A DNA stretch of 64,000 bases from Staphylococcus phage SAC. The first letter of the stretch is position 1, and every line of letters begins with the position of its first letter. A program made the translations under genes and the position numbers. Location of the stretch: sequence record OR234014.1. One strand, written 5' to 3'. Under the pieces are notes generated by a model that ran no database searches, was not told the DNA's origin, and saw nothing but the letters and a program-made list of their open reading frames with translations. This document shows, one piece after another, positions 27,001 through 34,415 of this stretch.

Positions 27001-27848
27001 ATAATGTATCAGGTAATGAGGGTTACGAGTTGTACCTTTATCCAGGAGTTAATAACATAGATATACAAAATAATGTATTAAAACAAGATACAACAAGTTT
27101 AAAAACAAGTATTATTTATGCCTCAGGAACAACTAGTAAACCTGTGTCAGAAATTAACTTTAAAAATAATACATTAAGAAGTACAAATACTGCTTTGGAT
27201 AAAGCTATGTTCTTAAATTTTGTTATGGATAGTACAATTACTAATAATGATATAAAAACAGATAAAGGTAATGATTCATTAAGTGTTCAAGGTTCTTGTA
27301 GTAATCTATTCGTATTAAATAACAATATGAATAAAAACTTAAGTATTTCTAGTAATGCATTTAATGTTATAAGTAAGGATAACATAGCTTATAATTTACC
27401 TAAAGTACTGAACGGTACTGCAATACCAACTACAGGGAGTTGGAGATTGGGAGATATTGTTGTTAATACTAGTAGAACCCTAACATCAGGTAGTCCTGAG
27501 AAATGGAGATGTACTAGCGATGGAGTTGCTACTAATATGAAGTGGACATCTAATACGGATTATACACAAGGTCAAATTGTTTATAATGGGAATTATGTAT
27601 ATAAAGCAGTAGCTTCAGGTACAAGTGGTGGAACACAACCTACTCATAATAACGGTGTTATATCAGATGGCTCTATACTGTGGGAATTTATATCCACAAA
27701 AGCTAATTTTGAAGTCATAAGCCAAATAGGTGTAACTGAAAGCATTAGTAATATACCTTTATACAAAGGTCAAATTGCTATAATAGGTTCATCTGTATAT
27801 GTAGCTAAAGGTACATCAAGCAATACTGATTGGATAATTTTAAATTAG
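24042..27848 (+). CDS. Giant fibre / receptor-binding-like protein (1268 aa): N-terminal FN3-like module, collagen-like Gly-X-Y run, right-handed parallel beta-helix (pectate-lyase-like) core, C-terminal beta-rich domain
   Basis: KGEKGEEGEQGKQG collagen triplets flanked by the fibre-repeat motif SAYDVAVDNGFVGSEEEWVKS / SAYEVAVNNGFTGSATDWLKT. Periodic N-x-ITNN, ISNN and GNSN beta-helix rungs (res 830-1020); strong SD AAAGGAGA. Confidence 0.6.
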   Translation: MPHLKAYDKYGNILAIGYNVELHEEVGSVIIPNLAPHTHYPQGEFYVSWEAEKYETDKVVVPGFTTLESSFKEITLYFKDHILVNAKSAYDVAVDNGFVGSEEEWVKSIKGEKGEEGEQGKQGLSAYEVAVNNGFTGSATDWLKTGKSPYVYSNEYIKQKDDTSDVQRLRRAIKDTSEGNTLHIPSSESPIKIDDTLIIDKNINIVSDAKIVYNGSKDKPAIKLDSLSYSNVTIKGIYDDSSYPTYGGGYHGFKSQNYIGLELVNCRNVNTNINEIIGFTVGNKHKATGGKGHWFNNTIINFFINNETHIELNTDGIGSNGEQSWMNSNYFYKSAFSYSGTEFNKHPNTYYNIKQTLTNANTYGGNSNVFDSLKFETASPTSENYVMVYLKKAVGFIFKNYRFEFNNKATFAIIDLETQDMTKSYVTHSKDIKFIPEFVLGNGHKLTFTNINTAKIPRSSIAKIVDEYKTTLLYKNNDFSKDYRRLGGNYHTVKNVFRKPLQSTSLTDKVSYDYSTTPSLVDDKGLLTFTGSYPMALYVNNVSVGDELIINKLSFIGNSSGIFIKCFDKDGNILDKVSNNYDTILLDGYYNDKYKAFTFNNAQKDTFTVNSEDVKSIVILISGTMQGLLVGSTNPSNIIKSSNDSSKNKTDVFYSHVKPSSVEDFKYDEKVYNNGTTQVYGWVLKGNDWKELGKDTNSKSKVIVNIEDYPRINDEDNDYPRFQRALDYLTSTKGGTLIVPKGAEDYLFKTKTPTVQNPSRVKVTGSNIHIKGEGNPTFIMSGITKNYLDSIDDISSSGRDMFTGFSFINCDNILVEGLTFKGEWDSKGEFRYASPRSIGVAFKGSRNCKAYNVHGYNIMGNVVNAVNTMQAVDGVYGYSDNITIDSCSATQCLENGFNFMGGTKNGYYVNNISTGNGSSGFESGTENVIISNNIHTNNKYSGLSISGTNYTITNNVIYGNSNKGELSNKPSNGIAITGGSKGIISNNNVSGNEGYELYLYPGVNNIDIQNNVLKQDTTSLKTSIIYASGTTSKPVSEINFKNNTLRSTNTALDKAMFLNFVMDSTITNNDIKTDKGNDSLSVQGSCSNLFVLNNNMNKNLSISSNAFNVISKDNIAYNLPKVLNGTAIPTTGSWRLGDIVVNTSRTLTSGSPEKWRCTSDGVATNMKWTSNTDYTQGQIVYNGNYVYKAVASGTSGGTQPTHNNGVISDGSILWEFISTKANFEVISQIGVTESISNIPLYKGQIAIIGSSVYVAKGTSSNTDWIILN

Positions 27849-27863
27849 TAAAAAGGGGATTTA

Positions 27864-28229
27864 ATGATGACAGAAGACAATTTATATTTATTTAAAGCAC
27901 ACGTGGACAAAGTAGTGGATGGGGATACTATACATGTAACTATTGACCACGGAATGAGAACATACTCTGAGCAAAGAATAAGATTACTAGGTGTCGACAC
28001 ACCAGAAAAGAAACAAAATAATTACCAAGAAGCTAAGGAATTTACAACAACTATGTTAGAAGGAAAAGATGTTTTAATTCAAACATACAAAGATGATTCT
28101 TTTGGTAGATATTTAGCTAAAGTGTTCTACAAAGAAAATAAAGAGTATAAAAATATTAGTGAAGAATTAATTAAAAAAGGATTACTAAAAGAAAAAAGTA
28201 AATGGAATAAAGAACTTGACAAACAATAA
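27864..28229 (+). CDS. Staphylococcal (micrococcal) nuclease family thermonuclease homologue (121 aa)
   Basis: VVDGDTIHVT...RIRLLGVDTPEK matches the SNase catalytic motifs (DGDT ... R.IG.DAPE). Confidence 0.75.
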   Translation: MMTEDNLYLFKAHVDKVVDGDTIHVTIDHGMRTYSEQRIRLLGVDTPEKKQNNYQEAKEFTTTMLEGKDVLIQTYKDDSFGRYLAKVFYKENKEYKNISEELIKKGLLKEKSKWNKELDKQ

Positions 28230-28243
28230 AATATATGCTATAT
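28215..28243 (+). promoter_or_regulatory. Promoter TTGACA-17-TATATT embedded in the 3' end of the nuclease gene
   Basis: Consensus hexamers; would start a transcript at about 28250. Confidence 0.5.
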
Positions 28244-28249
28244 TATTAT

Positions 28250-28510
28250 AGTAGTAGTTAACTAACGCCTCTTAACAATGCGAAACACAGTTAGCATTTT
28301 TTAACTTTATAATGAGAGTAACAGCCTAACTATATGGGTACTGTAAAATCATTATATTCTACCTATCTACCAAGCGTAGAAAAGGTCTACGGTAACGTTA
28401 TGACTCTATTTAGCGTTACTAGCAATCCTGAGTAATGGTATTGGCTAGTTGTAGCTACCTAGTCAAGGGGTTCGAGTCCCCTCTCAGGATTTTTTCCACA
28501 AGATACCTAC
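28250..28510 (+). ncRNA. Candidate ~260-nt ncRNA ending in a tRNA-like acceptor/T-arm minihelix
   Basis: Promoter-to-terminator unit with no ORF; relatively GC-rich; 3' part tcctgag...aggggTTCGAGTcccct-ctcagga-t has a perfect T-arm (GGTTCGAGTCC) and a 7-bp acceptor-like helix, but too few nucleotides for D and anticodon arms. Confidence 0.4.
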
Positions 28511-28511
28511 T

Positions 28512-28548
28512 AAAATATCTTACACCTACTTATTTTTAAAGTAGGTGT
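28512..28548 (+). terminator. Rho-independent terminator
   Basis: cacctactt-attttta-aagtaggtg plus TTTTTTT. Confidence 0.75.
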
Positions 28549-28555
28549 TTTTTTA

Positions 28556-28584
28556 TTGACTTCTATTTACTTATGTGTTATATT
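28556..28584 (+). promoter_or_regulatory. Promoter TTGACT-17-TATATT
   Basis: Consensus hexamers upstream of the MazG-like gene. Confidence 0.55.
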
Positions 28585-28617
28585 TACTATATACTAAAAA
28601 AAAAGGAATGATTATTA

Positions 28618-29403
28618 ATGACTAAAAAAATTAAAAATATTGAAATTGTTTTTGAAAACTTAGATAGTGCGGTATTAGAACCAGAAAATGTAGAGTTGAT
28701 ACTAGAAGGTATTAGTGAAGAAAAAACTATGATATATGGAAATAGTGAAGTAGATACAAGTAAATCAGCAAAAAAAGTTTCTATTGAGGTAAGTGGTATG
28801 AAGGATGAATACTTTGAAGAGTTTCATGGTTTCTTAGATGAGCCCTACAACATGACATTATATGATAGATTAAGTGGCAAAGATATTGTTTGTGTTTGTT
28901 TGAATTATGAGGATGGTACAGACGATACTGTATATGTACCTTATCCTGAGTATGGGCAGTATAATTATATGCAGAGAAATAAGTACGAAAAAGAAATAGA
29001 CACTTTATTTATTACAATAGAGGATAGAGAACAAGAAGAACATGTACCAAATGATGAAAAACCTAACTTTAATGAAGGTGAAACAGAAGACCGCACGCTA
29101 GATGGTTTAGTTAGTCAAGTAGAGGAATGGAGTAAAGATAAAGGATTGGACAATAACAATCCTGATAGACAAGCCCTTAAATTCTACGAAGAAGCAGGTG
29201 AAGTAGCATCGGCATTATCACGTGGTAACCTAGAAGCTCTTAAAGATGGTATTGGGGACACTGTAGTTACTTTAATTATTTTAGCTCAGCAACACGACAT
29301 GTCATTACAAGAGTGTTTAGAGTTTGCTTACGATGAAATTAAAGGTCGTAAAGGAAAAACAGTTAATGGTACCTTTATTAAAGAGGAAGATTTAAATGAG
29401 TGA
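28618..29403 (+). CDS. Protein with a C-terminal MazG-like nucleoside-triphosphate pyrophosphohydrolase domain (261 aa)
   Basis: ALKFYEEAGEVASA...DGIGDTVVTLIILA is the EE..E/D metal-binding helix pair of MazG/HisE-like NTP-PPases. Confidence 0.5.
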   Translation: MTKKIKNIEIVFENLDSAVLEPENVELILEGISEEKTMIYGNSEVDTSKSAKKVSIEVSGMKDEYFEEFHGFLDEPYNMTLYDRLSGKDIVCVCLNYEDGTDDTVYVPYPEYGQYNYMQRNKYEKEIDTLFITIEDREQEEHVPNDEKPNFNEGETEDRTLDGLVSQVEEWSKDKGLDNNNPDRQALKFYEEAGEVASALSRGNLEALKDGIGDTVVTLIILAQQHDMSLQECLEFAYDEIKGRKGKTVNGTFIKEEDLNE

Positions 29404-29620
29404 TAACTTTAGTCAATTTATAAGTAAAAAAAGCAATGAATTAAACAAAGCTACAGAAAAACAAAAAGATTTTATCTATAATCATATAGATTGTTTATAT
29501 GATGAGTCAACTTTTGATATAGAGTCATTAAGTAAAGATGAAGCTACTGAACTTATAAATGATATAACTATAGAGTTAAGCTGTTCAGATGATTTTCTTG
29601 ATTGGTATGATTATCAGTAA
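29396..29620 (+). CDS. Acidic small protein (74 aa)
   Basis: Overlapping start; followed by a terminator. Confidence 0.5.
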   Translation: MSDNFSQFISKKSNELNKATEKQKDFIYNHIDCLYDESTFDIESLSKDEATELINDITIELSCSDDFLDWYDYQ

Positions 29621-29628
29621 AGAATAAG

Positions 29629-29665
29629 CAGGTAAAGGCTTTCAAAACCTTTACCTGTTTTTTAT
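29629..29665 (+). terminator. Rho-independent terminator
   Basis: caggtaaagg-ctttcaaaa-cctttacctg plus TTTTTT. Confidence 0.75.
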
Positions 29666-29709
29666 ATGCTATATTATTAATGTATCATACAACAGAAAGG
29701 GATAACATT

Positions 29710-30033
29710 ATGTCTAAAAAATTAAAGGTCTACAACAAAGATGAACAGCTAATTTTAACTTCTGATGAAGTTACAGGTAGTTCTGTAAAAGTAACATTAA
29801 CAGATTTAAAACCTAATACTACTTATAATAAAGGTGATTTTAAAGTATCTTGGTTAGTAGATGGACAAGAATCTAATAAAACAGACGTGCCTAGTTTCAA
29901 AACATTAGAGAGTGAAAAAGAAGCTGTAGCTCAGCCTGTCATTGTAAACACACTAGATATGGGTACTGATGGATACACAATAAGTAATGAACCGCCTAAA
30001 AATACTAATAAGATATGGCTTAAATCAGAATAA
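29710..30033 (+). CDS. Small FN3/Ig-like domain protein (~107 aa), paralogous to the N-terminal module of the 1268-aa fibre-like protein
   Basis: VTLTDLKPNTTYNKGDFKVSWLVDGQESNKTDVPSFKTLES aligns with VIIPNLAPHTHYPQGEFYVSWEAEKYETDKVVVPGFTTLES of the 24042 ORF; SD AAGGGA. Confidence 0.55.
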   Translation: MSKKLKVYNKDEQLILTSDEVTGSSVKVTLTDLKPNTTYNKGDFKVSWLVDGQESNKTDVPSFKTLESEKEAVAQPVIVNTLDMGTDGYTISNEPPKNTNKIWLKSE

Positions 30034-30049
30034 GAAAGGATAACTCAGA

Positions 30050-30610
30050 ATGGCAAACTTATTACCACATTTTTACAACACAGAAACAAATAAATGGGAA
30101 GAACTATATACAAAACCTATTGCTAGAGAAGTATTTAATATCATGAAAGAAGATTATTTAGCTCACAAAGGTGAAATAGGCTATTACATTGCTAAGTACA
30201 AAGATGGAGACACAAGTATTGAGCAACCTAATGTTGTTGTTTTTTATGATGTTAACGATTATGAAACAATGACTTTAAATAAAGAGGAAATGACAAGACT
30301 ATTAAATGATTATATAGATAATAATTTACAAGGAAAGTTTAAACCCTTTTCTCTTACTAAATTCTTACAAAATTTAGAAGACCTTAATTACGCTTTACCA
30401 AAACAAGAAAAATTTCATGTAGATACAATCCAGTCGGATAAAAGAAAATTTTCATTTCCTGATACAAATGCAATTAACACAAACCCTGATATCTTAGATG
30501 CCCTTACGGCTACAGATAATCATGTATATATGGAAGTAAAATATTTATATAATGGTCATCCTATTGATGATAAAAAATTAATAAAAGGAAACCAAGATTT
30601 AAAAAATTAA
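30050..30610 (+). CDS. Hypothetical protein (186 aa)
   Basis: SD AAAGGATAAC; terminator downstream. Confidence 0.55.
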   Translation: MANLLPHFYNTETNKWEELYTKPIAREVFNIMKEDYLAHKGEIGYYIAKYKDGDTSIEQPNVVVFYDVNDYETMTLNKEEMTRLLNDYIDNNLQGKFKPFSLTKFLQNLEDLNYALPKQEKFHVDTIQSDKRKFSFPDTNAINTNPDILDALTATDNHVYMEVKYLYNGHPIDDKKLIKGNQDLKN

Positions 30611-30617
30611 TAACCCA

Positions 30618-30652
30618 GTAAAGAACCTGTAAAAAGGTTCTTTTTTTTTTGC
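30618..30652 (+). terminator. Rho-independent terminator
   Basis: aaagaacc-tgtaaaa-ggttcttt plus T9. Confidence 0.75.
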
Positions 30653-30678
30653 TTACTGAAAAAAGTGTATAGTATTAG

Positions 30679-30707
30679 TTGACACTATATTGATTATATG
30701 TTATAGT
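30679..30707 (+). promoter_or_regulatory. Promoter TTGACA-17-TATAGT
   Basis: Consensus hexamers. Confidence 0.55.
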
Positions 30708-30737
30708 TAACTTAACTTAAAGAAAGGTTTGATAGAT

Positions 30738-31277
30738 ATGAATAAGATATATGTTATATATGCAGAAGAAGATTCCTATTATGTTGAAGAACCTACCTTA
30801 GAAGTAATAGGGTACACTACTAATATAGAAGAAGCTAAGTATATTAAAAATAATTACGATGCATGGTGTCGTATTATAAGAGTATGGGAAGTTGAAAGAC
30901 TTACAAAAGAAATACTTGATAAAGAACAGAAACTATATAAACTAATGTCAACGGCAGTGATACAAAGAGAGCAACATTATTTTAAACCCATACAAGAGTT
31001 CAATACAATTGTAGATGAGGTGTTTAGTTTAAGTAAACCAGATATTGACTTTAATGAGAAATGTGAAATTAGCGTTTATTCATTAAATAAAAATCAAATT
31101 CAGGTAGATATAGGTTTACTTTTCCCTACTGAACCAACAGAAAAAGAAGTAAATAGTATTGTTAATGATGCTAAAAACAAAATTAACTTTATATTAAAGA
31201 ACTGTGAAAAAGCCGACATTAGAGGGACAGAAAAGATTGTAAAAATGATAAGAAAATTAAATAACAAGGAGACATAA
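30738..31277 (+). CDS. Hypothetical protein (~179 aa)
   Basis: ATG 30738 (MNKIYVIYAEED) with SD AAAGAAAGG. Confidence 0.5.
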   Translation: MNKIYVIYAEEDSYYVEEPTLEVIGYTTNIEEAKYIKNNYDAWCRIIRVWEVERLTKEILDKEQKLYKLMSTAVIQREQHYFKPIQEFNTIVDEVFSLSKPDIDFNEKCEISVYSLNKNQIQVDIGLLFPTEPTEKEVNSIVNDAKNKINFILKNCEKADIRGTEKIVKMIRKLNNKET

Positions 31278-31279
31278 AA

Positions 31280-31687
31280 ATGAAAATTAAAGTAAAAAAA
31301 GAAATGACGTTAGCCGAACTTATGGAATGGGCTTGGGAATATCCTGATTTAACAAAAGGAAAGAGATTTTACACAGAAAATCAAGATAATGAGAACTTTG
31401 TTTATTTTTCTTCGGAAGACGGAAGAAAATGTCTTGTTAGTGAATTTATATCAGCTGACGACACTTTTGAAGTCAAAGTTGAAGAGGAAATCACAGAAGA
31501 TACTAAGTTTGATAGGTTGTTTAAAGTATATGAGTTTCGAGAAAGAGCCTATATGTCAGCGATGCACACAAATACCAGTATCAAAGAACGTTTAGAGAAC
31601 GCGTCTTTCCCTACCAAAGCATTCTATATCTTAAACGATGACATGACGATGACATTGATTTGGAAAGATGGGGAGTTGGTAGAATGA
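31280..31687 (+). CDS. 'IWKDG'-family protein (135 aa), paralogue of 44686-45087 and 48320-48712
   Basis: Shared MKIK..E.T..EL N-terminus, EEEITEDTKF core and C-terminal TLIWKDGELV with the two minus-strand paralogues. Confidence 0.55.
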   Translation: MKIKVKKEMTLAELMEWAWEYPDLTKGKRFYTENQDNENFVYFSSEDGRKCLVSEFISADDTFEVKVEEEITEDTKFDRLFKVYEFRERAYMSAMHTNTSIKERLENASFPTKAFYILNDDMTMTLIWKDGELVE

Positions 31688-31878
31688 TGCAAACCTATAA
31701 AGTAAGTCTTTGTATCAAGTTCTTAGCATCTAAATGTGATTACAAAATAAAAAAGCATTATTTTGTGCAAAGTATAAATGAGGAAGAAGCTAAGAATATG
31801 GCATTAAAACTGACTCGTAAAAAGCTCTCATTCAAAACTGCAAGTATAAGGGTCGAAAAAGTGGAGGCAGTAGAATAA
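31684..31878 (+). CDS. Small basic protein (~64 aa)
   Basis: ATG 31684 with SD GGGGAG. Confidence 0.45.
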   Translation: MMQTYKVSLCIKFLASKCDYKIKKHYFVQSINEEEAKNMALKLTRKKLSFKTASIRVEKVEAVE

Positions 31879-32264
31879 TGTCTAAATTTAAAGCATGGAA
31901 AAAAGATGAGGAAATAATGTTATGAGATGGTAATTTTATTTTTTCTAAGGATATAAAGTTACTACAATACACAGGACTTAAAGACAAAAACGGTACTAAA
32001 ATATATGAGGGTGATATTATTGAGTTCGAAGATGAAGTGTTAGCAATACCAGGTGATTTTGAATCTGCAGTAGAAACAATTAACAGAGCAGTGATATCTA
32101 TTGATGTTGTAAGTGGCATTCACTTAAAAGACTTTATGTTTGAGAGCGCAATCTCTGAAAATGATTACTTTGAGTATACAGACAAAAAATCTTTCCTTAT
32201 GTACGACTGTGAGGTTAAAGGCAACGTATTTGAATCATCTCATTTATTGGAGGTAATAGAATGA
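31878..32264 (+). pseudogene. YopX-family protein interrupted by an in-frame TGA at 31923-31925
   Basis: MSKFKAWKKDEEIML*DGNFIFSKDIKLLQYTGLKDKNGTKIYEGDII... aligns over its whole length to the intact paralogue (MIPKFRAWDKESQRMFNIARF...QSTGLEDKNGTEIFEGDIL); TAATG coupling at the start. Confidence 0.55.
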
Positions 32265-32614
32265 TACCGAAATTTAGAGCATGGGATAAAGAATCACAAA
32301 GAATGTTTAATATTGCTAGATTTGACTTTGCAGACCATACAGTATATTCACACCTATTTGCTTGTGATGGTTACTTAGGAGAAAACCTTGTAATTATGCA
32401 ATCTACAGGACTTGAAGATAAGAATGGTACTGAAATATTTGAAGGTGATATACTTAGATATTGGGGGGATTGTAGACCTGTAATATTTAAAGAAGCTTCT
32501 TTTGGATGGGTTGAAGGGGGAGATTACATACCATTCTCTATGATGTGCATTTCAGAGATTGGTAATACTGAAGTTGTAGGAAATATCTATGAAAAAAGGA
32601 GTAAAAAAGAATGA
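32261..32614 (+). CDS. YopX-family protein (117 aa)
   Basis: KFRAW.K....M...TGL.DKNG..I.EGDI YopX signature. Confidence 0.6.
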   Translation: MIPKFRAWDKESQRMFNIARFDFADHTVYSHLFACDGYLGENLVIMQSTGLEDKNGTEIFEGDILRYWGDCRPVIFKEASFGWVEGGDYIPFSMMCISEIGNTEVVGNIYEKRSKKE

Positions 32615-32850
32615 AATATTACCAAGTAGAGCATGATAATTGTGAGCTATACGAAGACAGCTACTCTTATAGAGAAGATAAAATATATACTAGTAAAGAA
32701 CAGCTTGTTAAAGACATTAAATCTGAAGGATACAAAGAATTACAAGGCATGTCTAGAAATCATGATGGTATTGCTTACCTTAAACATATAGATGATTTTA
32801 GAGATGACATGATTACAATACATGAAATAGAAATCGTGGACAATAAATAA
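32611..32850 (+). CDS. Hypothetical protein (79 aa)
   Basis: Overlapping start codon ATGA. Confidence 0.5.
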   Translation: MKYYQVEHDNCELYEDSYSYREDKIYTSKEQLVKDIKSEGYKELQGMSRNHDGIAYLKHIDDFRDDMITIHEIEIVDNK

Positions 32851-32864
32851 GGAGGTATTAAAAA

Positions 32865-33431
32865 ATGTATACAAATGAATTTATTAAGAAGGTAAATAAT
32901 TTAGGATATGAAACCAGCCTCGCAAATAAAAATACTACCAAGAGAAAAGAAAAAATACTTATTAAAAAAGAAAACCAACAACCTATTGCTTGGGTATTTC
33001 TAAATGAACCATATTCTTTTCGAAGCTTAGGCACAGATAGTGAGTTATTTGATTTAATGGTAGAATATGCAAAAACACCTGTAAAAGAACGTAGTATAAG
33101 CAATATAGCAAAAGTAAAACCTTTAGACTTAGATACCCTTACAGATGACTATGCTAAAGTAAGAGAGTTTATGCTAAAAGTCTTAATAGACATGGAAGAC
33201 GTAGTAGAGTATATTCAGTACACAGGATATAATAAGAATATCATTAATCAATGGACAGATGGTCAGACATTTAGAGCGATAGACAAACAAGGATACAATA
33301 GCCTGTTTATTAATGCAACTTCAGGTATTGAAAAAGTTTTACATGGTAACTATATTATAAAAGATAAAAAGAAAGGTTTCGAACAAGTAGATAGAGAATT
33401 ATTTGAATATAGATATGATATGTCACATTAA
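32865..33431 (+). CDS. Hypothetical protein (188 aa), last gene of the plus-strand block
   Basis: SD AAGGAGG. Confidence 0.55.
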   Translation: MYTNEFIKKVNNLGYETSLANKNTTKRKEKILIKKENQQPIAWVFLNEPYSFRSLGTDSELFDLMVEYAKTPVKERSISNIAKVKPLDLDTLTDDYAKVREFMLKVLIDMEDVVEYIQYTGYNKNIINQWTDGQTFRAIDKQGYNSLFINATSGIEKVLHGNYIIKDKKKGFEQVDRELFEYRYDMSH

Positions 33432-33609
33432 ATACCTATTAATTTAGGTGTTTTTTATATTGTAAGAAATAGAGTAACACTACTACTATAATAGTAAAGG
33501 CAGTAGAGATAGACAGGACAATAATAACAGTAAAAGAAATCTTACCATGTTTACTTTAATAACAATAATAAAACTATGTTGACTTTTTATTATTATATAC
33601 TTTATAATG

Positions 33610-33638
33610 TTGACTTTTAATAATAAGTTATATAATAT
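33610..33638 (+). promoter_or_regulatory. Promoter TTGACT-17-TAATAT (copy 1 of a duplicated 45-bp promoter module)
   Basis: aatgttgacttttaataataagttatataatattactcact repeated at 33871-33915. Confidence 0.5.
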
Positions 33639-33874
33639 TACTCACTACTAATAGTACATAGTATAACTAGTTATTAAAATGGTATACTAAAGAATACCAT
33701 AGAAAACTATATATAAGGAAAGGCTCCTATATACTAAACTACTTATATGCTGTAATATACTAATACTCTAATTAAGTGTAAGGGAAGAGGGGGATATATT
33801 ACTAACTTTATTGTAAAATGAATACAATTAGTTATTAGTAATGTTGACATAGTTTAATAAAGTAATGGTTAATG

Positions 33875-33903
33875 TTGACTTTTAATAATAAGTTATATAA
33901 TAT
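33875..33903 (+). promoter_or_regulatory. Promoter TTGACT-17-TAATAT (copy 2)
   Basis: Identical 45-bp module; followed by a GC-rich 150-nt segment and a terminator. Confidence 0.5.
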
Positions 33904-33909
33904 TACTCA

Positions 33910-34062
33910 CTAATTAGGTTCCTTAGGTAGCCCCATAGCCCTGTCAGACCCACCCACTTTAGTGGCATTTTACCCCTGCCCCCGTATAATATATTTATAT
34001 TAACCTATTGTATACAATCCTAATAAATAATAAAAAAAAAGAAAGGGAGTTTATTCCCTTTC
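33910..34062 (+). ncRNA. Candidate ~150-nt small RNA (GC-rich) between promoter copy 2 and the convergent terminator
   Basis: ttccttaggtagccccatagccctgtcagacccacccactttagtggcattttacccctgccccc is far more GC-rich than its surroundings; no ORF; bounded by a promoter and a hairpin terminator. Confidence 0.35.
34028..34062. terminator. Bidirectional rho-independent terminator at the convergence of the plus and minus gene blocks
   Basis: A9-gaaaggga-gtttatt-ccctttc-aatttg hairpin with A-run 5' and a T-rich tract 3'. Confidence 0.65.
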
Positions 34063-34070
34063 AATTTGTT

Positions 34071-34415
34071 TTACATCATTTCTATAGCTTCTGATTTAAT
34101 TTGTTCATAGTCTTTAATGTGTTTATTAAACTCTTCAACACGCATATGTTCCAATATATAATCTGCTAACTCAAACACTTTATTATCAACTAGTCTTATT
34201 GTTGTATCGTCTGTAAAGTCTAGGTTAGACGGTATATATTCTAATGGTGTTATGTCTTTATTCTCTTTTAATTGGTTTACAATATGAATGTATTTGCATA
34301 GTAAATCGTGTTCAACAACATCTACCTCTATTGTTTCATAGATAGCTGTTAATAATAAGTCAAATTCAATTCCTTCAAGTTCTGCTGTTTGTTCCATTTG
34401 GTTAAGTAATTTCAT
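34071..34415 (-). CDS. Acidic early protein (114 aa), paralogue of 34758-35108
   Basis: Shared ...E..D.L.KY.H...QL....T..E..PSN.D... pattern with the 116-aa neighbour. Confidence 0.55.
   Translation of the reverse strand: MKLLNQMEQTAELEGIEFDLLLTAIYETIEVDVVEHDLLCKYIHIVNQLKENKDITPLEYIPSNLDFTDDTTIRLVDNKVFELADYILEHMRVEEFNKHIKDYEQIKSEAIEMM

Noticed and set aside
28427-28492. Canonical tRNA gene
   Set aside because: The T-arm and a 7-bp acceptor helix are perfect, but only ~31 nt separate them, insufficient for D-arm + anticodon arm + variable loop. Kept only as a tRNA-like element pending software folding
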